A program made the translations under genes and the position numbers. A stretch of DNA of 14,769 nt from Candidatus Multivoradales bacterium (GTDB taxonomy: Bacteria; Acidobacteriota; Thermoanaerobaculia; Multivoradales; JAHEKO01), in the NCBI GenBank assembly GCA_965248055.1, contig CBDFIJ010000001.1, positions 1-14,769 on the forward strand. Reading direction: 5' to 3'. The notes beneath the pieces are model-generated. The model was not told the origin of the DNA and did no database searches. It worked only from the letters and a program-made list of their open reading frames with translations. Positions 1 to 9,059 of this stretch are shown here, piece by piece (positions within the stretch are counted from its first letter, which is position 1; each line of letters begins with the position of its first letter).

Positions 1-1
1 T

Positions 2-3000
2 TTCTGTGACTGGCATACTTTCAACGACTGGTACAATTTCTTGGACAACATTATCTTGTTCCATTATCTCTACAGCACTTAAATCTGGAACTTCATCTGT
101 ATCTTCAAGGTCCTCTCCTGATTCCATGATGAAAGGCATCGCAGTTTCTTCTGGCTCTGTATATCTACAAACAAGGGCTTCTGGAGCAATGTCATCTGAG
201 TTGTTTACCTCTACACCTTCTTCACTGTAAGACTCTTGTTCTTGAACAATTTCCTCTGTAATCTTTGGCTGAGCTCCTTCATCATCAGGAGACACAACAT
301 GACCAATATATTCTTCTGCAGCTTGTTCAAAGATGGCAGATGCTGTAGCTTCTGGAATCATGGTAGAACCAATGTCTTCATCATTTGACATTGCTTGCTG
401 ATCTGAAGACATTCTATATGAAACAGCAGCATCCATGACAACTTGGTCAACATATTCTTTTGCCACTGAGCGAACAGCCTCTTCATCAGGATCTGTTTCT
501 GTGTTTCCCTGGTTAAGTGTGGAAGTGGTGTCTATGGCTTTATGTGTTTCTCCTTCTCTCTCCTCACTGAAACTGATGTCATCGGAGGGCAGCTCTCCGT
601 CTTGATCCGTCTTATTGCTATCTGCATCTGATACATCTTCATTTAAGGAATTTTCAAAGTACTTATCCTGCAGGTAAACTTCTCTTGAGTTCTCCACATC
701 TCCTGTTTCAACACCGTCTTGAATCCATTCCTTGGTGCTAGAAGACTCAACTTGAGAACTTGAGATGGCAACAACTTCTTCAGGAATTTCATTGGCATTT
801 GGAGGTACCATCTGTGTTTCTTCAATGACTGCATTGATACTGGAATCTGCTGCAGTTCTAACATCCTTGTCATTGCCAGATGTCTCACTCTGATCGTTCT
901 CTACCAGTTCTCCCCATTTTTCATAGGCTTCTTTTTGTCTGTTTTCCTCTTCTGTAAGTCCTTCACCAAACTCAGAAGATAAACTCTGTGTTTTAAACCA
1001 GCTTTCAACAACATGATCAGAATCCTTTCCCTCTGTTACTTGATAACTTCTTGATCCAGCACTACCCTCATTCTCTTCATCAGCTTCATCTATGTCTGAA
1101 ATCATGAATCTTTCATATGGTTCTACCACGAGGTAGGACTGACTGCTTGAACCATCTGATTTAGTCTCTTGCTCACTTATTGAAACATCCGTTATACTGG
1201 CATCTGTTGCTGTATGATCTTGGGTCCCAACTGTCTCAGATTCAATGTCATCAGCTGGAGTGCTGTCCTCAGCATCACTTTCTGGCTGTGGGATATCATC
1301 ATTCATAGAAACTGTAATGTCATACGAGCTACTGTTATCCATTACTCCATCTCCGAGGTCCTGTGATGTGTCTTGTCGACTACCATCATCGGTCATTTGG
1401 TTGCTGTCATAGATGGCACCTGCTGATTCTGAAGGAGAACTCTCTGTTACATTGACCTCCTGGCTGCTGATGGTAATGTCTTCTTGACTTTGAGCCTCTG
1501 AACCAATGTCAGCATTCTCATCTTTAGCATCCGATCCACCACTTTCATCGATGATATTATTTCCAGCTCTGATCTCATGTAGCTTAAAGTCTTCTTCTGT
1601 TTCTTCTTTTTGAATTGCAGACACTTCTGCAATTTCATTTTCATCTTCACTAGGTACATACTCAGTGGTGGTCATATCCTCAGCTAACATTCTGACAAGT
1701 ACTTTGTCTACCAGAGCTGATCTTGGAACCGTTTCTTCCTGGCTGAACTCTTCCTCATAAGCAGATTGCTGACTGTAAGGATCATCCTCCACATGATATA
1801 GGTCTCCCTCTGGCATGCTCTGTTCGGTACTGCTCACTTGCGCACAGATGACATCATCTCTTTGATCAATGTCAGTGTCTTGAACCATATCACTTGCCAG
1901 GGTTTCAGAGACAACATTTGTCACTTCAACGTTTTCCTGCTCCTCATCCTTATCACTTAGATCTTCCTCACCTGAGTCATCATTGATAACATCTTTGACC
2001 ATCAAATCTGGAAAGGTAGTGTCTGATGCTTCATGGTCCTCATCGTTCCACTTGGTAGGATAGGAGAATATTTTGGCATCTCCATCACTGATAGATTCAT
2101 TCCCCTCTTCATTTTCTGAGGTGATTTCTTCTTCTTTTTCATGCAAGTCTGTGTTCAACTTGCTGTGTACGATTTTTGCCTCTTCCAGGTTTGTCTCTTT
2201 CTCTGCCTCATCCTTTTCAGATACATCTTCTTCAGCAGAGTCATCATTGATAACCTCTTTGACCATCAAATCTGGGAAGGTAGTGTCTGATGTTTCATGG
2301 TCCTCATCAGTCCACTTGGTAGGATAGGAGAATATTTCGGCATCTCCATCATGAACTGATTCCTTCTCCTCTCCATTTTCTGAGGTAATTTCATCTTTCT
2401 CATAGAAGTCTGTGTTCAACTCGCTGTGTACAGGAGCACTGACAGCAGCAACTACCATTTCTTCTTCTACAATGTCAATCTCAACATTTTCTGGACGCTC
2501 CTCAACATCTCCTTCCAATCTATTCTCATTCATTCCAAGAATGAGCTCATTTGAAGGTGATTCATTGGCATCTGGAAGGGTTGATTCCCGAGCTTCGGAG
2601 TGGTCTAACTCATCGTTATGAACAGTTGTGTGCATGCTTGTGGCAATAGCTGGAGTGTTATCTGCATTAGGCATTTCTTCAGCAAAGCTTTCAGACACCA
2701 TGCTGGCATGCGACGTTTCAATGAATTTACTCTGTCCCTCATTATCGTACCCCCCATCCCAAGAATGTTTATCACTGTCTCTGTCTGACCCATCTTCATC
2801 ATTACCCATTAACTCAAGATGCTCATTCTCAACCTCATGCTCTCTCTCATGCTCTCTCTCATGGTCATGCAACTTGTTTGATCCCTCCCCCTCAAGGTCT
2901 CTATCTTCATCCAGATAAGTCTGCTGCTGAGGATAATCCTCAACAGCTTCATCTGCTTTAACCCTTGTTTCTTCATCCCCTGAATCTTCCTCTAAATCAC

Positions 3001-6000
3001 CCATCAACCCACCGACATACCCTCTCTGTTCATGTACAATGTCCTCTGAGATCATATCTACAACAACATTGCCCTGTTCAGCTCCAGACTCTGGATACTC
3101 TGATCCTTCTTCCCTATTATCAAGATCAAACATGTTAACCCCAGCTTCTGTTTTCTGGAAATTTTGGACACCAATATCGTCAGTAACCCCTGTATCATCC
3201 CTCCTTTCATTCCAGAGATCATTTTCTTCATATTGCACATCTGGGACTGCCTCTGAATCCCCAGAAAACTTTCCTACAGGGGTTTTGTGATCAACTTGAA
3301 CCTCTTCATTGCCTTGGGGTTTTAAGGAGGTTTCTTCAGACTGATCTACAATTTGGGCAACTTCATTAGCCTTATTTTCTTCATCTGACGTGGGATCTAT
3401 TCCTTCCTCAATTTCTTCATCAATTTCATCACCAAGAATATCATATGTTTTATTTGTAGCACTAGGGGCAATTTCTTCTTCAACCTTATCTACGCTATCC
3501 ATGACATCATCACCATGACCTGCATCAGACCCATTCTCTGTCTCATTTGAAACCAAAACGGTAACACCAGAAGCACTACTACCAAGAATGTCAATAGCCT
3601 CAGGACCAACAGAAAGTACGTCAGGGGTAAGATCAACTATCTCATCATGATCTTGGATGTCTTCTTCCCAGTCCTCATCTTCACTATAGCTTTCATGGCT
3701 ATGGGGGACCTTTTCATTCTCTCTTTCCAGCTGTACTGTTGAATCTATGCATACATCCTCAATACTTGTGACTGAAACATTTCTGAGTATTTCTTGAGAT
3801 GTCTCTGACTCCTCTGGTAGAGGTGACAAAGGTGTTCCTGTTGTTGCACATAGCTTGTTCATTGTCAAAGTGTCATTGACAGTATATTGCTCAGTGGACA
3901 GTTCAACCTTTATGTCATTTGGAGACCAATCATTCTCAATATCTATAAACCCATCTTCATCAGCTTGGATCTGATCTCTAGATTCCTCTTCATCACTTTC
4001 TGAGAATGGCTGATCCTCAAAAGTATCCTTGGCAACAATGGCATTTTCCTCATCATCGCTGCCTTGTGGAGAGGAATGTTCTGCATTGCTTATGTTCTGA
4101 AAGAAATCATCTTTCAAATCAGTCTTTGCAGAAAACAGGAGATCAGGTGTACTCATCATACTCTCACCTTCTTCAAAGGTTATATCGTCAGCAAGCATTG
4201 CAGCTACAACATTATCATCATCATCATCCTCATCTTCTTTAAACCCACTCTCCTCGTCTTCAATGACATCCCCATCATTTGCTTCCTCTCTAGAGAATTC
4301 ATCCTCTCTTAATGAAATGGCAACCTCTTCTGGAATATTTGCCTGATCATCCCTATGTTCAAGTATCATGTCTTCAGATAATATGTCTGCAACAACATTA
4401 CCTTTCTCTCCCAACACTTCATCGTCTTCTGTTCTTTCAACATGTTGGGAGTCTAACAGATTAAGCTCATCAGGAACTGGAGCATGAACTTCAGTACTGA
4501 GAACAAGAGAAATCTCATCTCCAAACAGATTATTATTGGCATGAGTGTCAGAGCTAATATCTCCATCACCTTCCACATCATCAAGATCAACCCTTTGTTC
4601 TTCATTTGGAATAATATCTGGCATTTCATCAACATCATAGTTCACAAGAACACTTGAACCAACATCAGCATTGTAGGCAAGAATATCTGCATTTACTTCT
4701 TCAACCATTTCATCAGTGATCATATCAGTAACGTTATTCCTTTCTTCTTCGTTTTTGGCAAGATTAATCCCATCACTTTCATTCTGGGGATTTAAGGATA
4801 CATCTAGAAGATCACTTGTCCCAAGGTCTGGTATTTCATTCATCTTGTTACTCATACCATCTGAGGAATCTAAAATGGAACCATCTGAAGGGGCTGTTCG
4901 TCTTGCTTCATTACACATATCATCAGCAAGCATTTCAGCAATGTGGTTACCTTCATTCCCTCTACCACTGACAAACATGTGTTCAGTTTCTTGGGCCTGG
5001 ATATAGACAGATGGATCAGGATTTGGTTCCATGATATCCTGCCTGTAATCAGATGTTGTACGATTGTACATACCAATGTCTTCTCTCTCATCCACCACTT
5101 CATCTTTGGATCGGTATGTGTGGACGTCTATTGCATTTTCCACCATACTCTTGGCAAGCATATCAGCCACATGATTAACATCTTCTTTGCTATCATCCAG
5201 GTCAGCCTCATCTTTTCCAGGATGTAGGCTACTTGTATTATCACTCTGAACAGGTGAAGCCTCCAGATCAGCATTCACTACAGGGGAACACATTTCTTCA
5301 ATGACAATGTCATCACCATCAACCTCATGATATGAAGTGACTGCTGTGTCCACGATGTTCATAGACTCATCTGCTTTCTGGTCACTGTGGAAAGGTGGAG
5401 TATCTATTTCGAAACTAGATACTGGTTCACCATGCTCTGCTTCAAAGATCATCTCATCAACATGATTTGGCTCACCTTTCATCTTCTCAAACAGACCTTC
5501 TGTTTCTTTTGCTTGGATGTAGACAAGAGGGTCAGGGTTTGGTTCCATAACCTCAGGCCTGTAAACAGGTCTGGGAGAATTGTATTCAGGAAAATCATCC
5601 TCATCATCAGAATATACCCTATCACCAGAATTGATTGTATTAATGTCAACTGCATTATCAACCATATTGCTCTTGAGAGTATCAACAATGTAGTTATTAT
5701 CTTGTCTGTTAAACAATTGAATATCAACATCCTGTCCCCTTGTTTCATCACTGCCTTCTGATCTCAAATCATCTGTGTCGTCATGAGGAAGGTGTGCCTC
5801 CTCAGATTCCTCTACAACAGGCACTTCTTCATCACCTGTCACTACTCCATCCCCACTTGTTATATCATCGATTTCAGGAGGAGAAGCAAACACATTTGAT
5901 ACTTCATGACCTTTGACCAATTCTTCTGTTACAATCTCTCTTTCTTCAACGCCACTATCTTCACCTAACTGATTTGCAACACTTTGATCATCTGGGAAAT

Positions 6001-8569
6001 CTTCTTCATTACCACTGATTACATCCATTTGTTCAGGTTCTTGATCTTCAGTAGGGAAAACATCATCTTCTTCAAAATCATCCTCATAGTTTACCTCAGC
6101 ATCAGACTGTCTATCCTCCAGATGGGAAAATCTTGCTGACAACTCTCTCTCATTCAGTTCTTGGCTGAATCTCCTATCATCTTCTTCTTCAGCCACACTT
6201 GATTCACTGAGAGAATTTCTTGGGGTCTTTGGGATGGATACACCATCCTCTTCCTCCTCCCCAGAGACACCATGCAATTCAGCAGGGACAGATTCAGTAT
6301 CTACTTGTTCACCCAAATGGATTTCATCCTTCTCTGATACGGGTACAAGATCATCATCGTGATGCGAAAGAACATCAAATGGTGGTGGATTCTGAACTTC
6401 TTCAAAAGGGCTCATCCCGAATGGATCAACATCAGTCTGATCCTCAGTTTTATTCAGTGCAGGATCCTGGGAATCATTTAAAGCACTGAAGGGATCATGG
6501 AGCTGTTCTTCATTCACCACACTAGTCTGTCCAATGAACTCCGGCATACCAAATGGATCTAGATCACTTTGATTATCTGGTGAGTTATCATGGGAACCAC
6601 CACCAAATGGATCCACTTTGTTTGGGTCTAAATTCTCTACATTTGCATCACTGCCTGCATTGAATTCTTGTAAAATGGACTCTCCAACAGACAATGACGT
6701 ACCATGAACATCTTCAGAATCAACCTCACCTTCGACAGTAAGATCTTCCACAGAGATATGGTCTGCAGAATCGGACTGAAGTTCAATATCAACTGCATCT
6801 TCAGTGACAGGCTCTTCACCAGGTAAGACACTCTCGTCATTAAATTCTACCTCTCCAGGTGAAGTTTGCCTCTGAGCACTTTCTAGTGCACTTGACTCAC
6901 CCACGTAGTGGTCTTCTGCAGGAGTACTGCCAATATTACCAGAAGGATCAACAGCTGATAATTCACTCATACTAACCATACCAAAGTCATCATCAAAACC
7001 TTCAGAAGTTTCCATAGCTTCACCTTCAACTTCCATTTCATCATCATAGGCAGACAATGACATACCATTAACATCTTCAGAATCAAGCTTACCTTCGACG
7101 GTAAGACCTTCCACAGAGATATGGTCTGAAGAATTGGACTGAAGTTCAATATCTAATGCATCTTCAGTGACAGACTTTTCACCAGGTAAGACATTCTCAT
7201 CATTAACTTCTACCTCTCCAGGTAAAGTTTGTCTCTGAGCACTTTCTAGTGCACTTGACTCACCCACGTAGTGGTCTTCTGCAGGAGTACTGCCAATATT
7301 ACCAGAAGGATCAACAGCTGATGATTCATTCATACTAACCATACCAAAGTCATCATCAAAACCGCCAGAAGTTTTCATAGCTTCACCTTCAACTTCAATT
7401 TGATCATCATTGGCAGATGGTGCTTGGACATCGAATGGGTACATACCAAAAGGGTCATCTGTATGAAATTGATCACTTGATTTTTGTGCAATCGTTTGAG
7501 ACAGAGAGAATGGGTCAGAATCATCAACTGGTGATTTAATGCCTACAACCTCAGGTTGTTCCTCATGGATGTCTTTGGATTCAGTAATGGTCAGACAAGG
7601 ATCTGAAATTGAAATTGAATTTTCATCTGCACTTGATGCTCCATCAGGTACTTGTGCTAAAGAATCACTAAAGCTAATGGAGGGGTCAGATTTTGTCATG
7701 GACAGATCATATTGGTCATTTAGGGAATCAGACATTAGATCATCTACACTTGCCTGGGATTCAAATTGTGAGGAGGAAGAATCTCCTCTGGTTGGATCCG
7801 GATTGTCTACAAAAGAAGGAAGGTCACTTGAAATTGAAATGGGGTCCAGGAATGAACCCAGCAGGACCCCTGTGGATTGGGCAGATGGGCTAACAGTAGA
7901 GTCTGCTGGCTCAGGGTTGTCTGGAGTGATAGGATCTAGATCCAGAAGGCTTGGAGAAGGTTCTGGATCATCCATAAAAGGGTTGCCTGTGGTAGGATTT
8001 GGATCTGATGTTGGAATCAATAGATTGTCATTATTTGAAAAGGGATCAGAATTCATCTGAAAAGGATTGGAAGAATTTAGGTTCGAGTCTGGTCCAGGAC
8101 TACTTCCAGCTGAAAATGGATCTAGAGATAAGCCAAATGGATCGTTGTTATCATCAATGCTCTGTGTATTGGAAGAATTTAAGTTTGAATCTGGTCTAGG
8201 AGTACTTTCGGCTGAAAATGGATCTAGAGATAAGCCAAATGGATCGTTGTTATCATCAATGCTCTGTGTATTGGAAGAATTTAAGTTTGAGTCTGGTCTA
8301 GGAGTACTTTCAGCTGAAAATGGATCTAGAGATAAGCCAAATGGATCGTTGTTAACATCAATGCTCTGTGCAGGGTCATGTACTTTGTTCATCGACTGGA
8401 ATAATGGGTCTAAAGAATCATCCCCACCCTCATCTACACTTCCTGTCATTACATTAAATGGATTCCCTCCCAGTAAATCAGTACTATCTGATCCCACAAA
8501 AGGATTAGCTGAACTTGATCCAGCTCCTAAATCTATTCCCACCAAGTCAGAAACCTGATCACTTGATTT
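2..8569 (-). CDS. Giant acidic, low-complexity open frame (2856 codons, incomplete at the window edge); PRUNE2/BMCC1-like disordered region; +1 frame relative to the DHHA2 part
   Basis: The frame opens after TAG at 8570-8572 (KSSDQVSDLVGIDLGAGSSSANPF...) and is still in the same phase at base 2 (...EIVPVVESMPVTE). I found no stop in the stretches I translated. The ORF track lists no stop-terminated ORF in this frame, which is consistent with it running off the edge. It is strongly D/E/S-rich, and all internal repeats have periods divisible by 3. The first in-frame ATG is at 8447-8449. Confidence 0.85.
1943..2431 (-). repeat. Coding duplication, offset 264 bp (copies ~1943-2170 and ~2207-2431; …IFSYPTKW[N/T]DEDHE.SDTTFPDLMVK.VINDDS)
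   Basis: GAGTCATCATTGATAAC occurs at 1974 and 2238. The offset drops to 261 at the far end, an in-frame 3-nt indel. Confidence 0.92.
4985..5700 (-). repeat. Older diverged coding duplication, offset ~516-519 bp (YR...MEPNPDP.VYIQA.ETE in both copies)
   Basis: TGGTTCCAT occurs at 5024 and 5540. The copies read DYRQDIMEPNPDPSVYIQAQETE and VYRPEVMEPNPDPLVYIQAKETE. Similarity continues to about 5180 and 5700. Confidence 0.8.
6688..7417 (-). repeat. Coding tandem duplication, 2 x 363 bp (121 aa), each copy containing GFDDDFGMVSM…DPSGNIGSTPAEDHYVGESSALESAQRQT
   Basis: CAGACAATGAC occurs at 6688 and 7051, FDDDF codons at 6983 and 7346 (offset 363), and there are long identical stretches. Confidence 0.95.
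8066..8370 (-). repeat. Coding tandem repeat, 3 x 102 bp (34 aa: TQSIDDNNDPFGLSLDPFSAESTPRPDSNLNSSN)
   Basis: ATTGGAAGAATTTA recurs at 8066, 8168 and 8270, and the units are nearly identical. Confidence 0.95.
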
Positions 8570-9059
8570 CTATCTTATCATTCCCACTATCAATCTCATG
8601 CAGACTTTCTGGGTTACTTCTTCCCCATTCATCAGGCATTACCTTGCCATTCTGTGGTTCTTCTTCAGCCATATCATTTGCATTATTCACATTGCTCGAC
8701 AGTTCCTCCACGTTCTCTTCAAGTCCATTTTCCCCATGCTCGTCATCTTCATCATGATCACCTTCACCAAGCGTTCTTAGAATTTCTCCTACGAGGGGTA
8801 ATACAACTTTTCTTGATGCTTTCCTGTTCTGTTGATCAAAGGCACTTAAATTTGAAACATTGGAGTCTATTCTCTCAAGATCTAACACAGACCCTTGCAG
8901 TCTTTCTTCCATCGTCTCCCTAAGGCTTTGATCCTCCGAGTAGATTGCTAGTTGTCTGGTGCCTTCAAGGTCAATTGTCATGATAATGTTCACATCCAGA
9001 AATCTATGCTCACAAAAGTTCTTCAGACTGGTTTCCAAGTCCTGCCTGTCCAAGACGTC
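8559..9059 (-). CDS. prune: 5' part of the large exon: C-terminal portion of the prune DHHA2 domain plus a ~75-aa acidic tail, ending at TGA 8559-8561
   Basis: Acceptor tcttctatttgtttgcag|GAC at 9060/9059. The MSSICLQ start given in the ORF track is intronic. The translation DVLDRQDLETSLKNFCEHRFLDVNIIMTI...RQLAIYS...LDLERI...AFDQQNRKASRKVVLPLVGEIL shows prune hallmarks (FC....DV...MTI, RQLAI, Q.N...SRK..LP). Confidence 0.9.
   Translation of the reverse strand, partial: DVLDRQDLETSLKNFCEHRFLDVNIIMTIDLEGTRQLAIYSEDQSLRETMEERLQGSVLDLERIDSNVSNLSAFDQQNRKASRKVVLPLVGEILRTLGEGDHDEDDEHGENGLEENVEELSSNVNNANDMAEEEPQNGKVMPDEWGRSNPESLHEIDSGNDKIEIK

Noticed and set aside
8066-8370. CRISPR-like array
   Set aside because: The units are contiguous with no unique spacers, they are in-frame coding repeats, and the context is a spliced eukaryotic gene.
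8559-8561. Stop-codon readthrough or selenocysteine at the TGA
   Set aside because: The same frame meets another TGA three codons later (TCA GGT TTC TGA). The long continuation is in a different frame.
6-8923. Many short plus-strand and off-frame minus-strand ORFs in the ORF track (e.g. 7539-8060, 8067-8558, 5387-5761)
   Set aside because: These are shadow ORFs caused by the codon bias and repeats of the long acidic minus-strand frame. They are Ser/Leu/Ile/His-rich with no recognisable domains.
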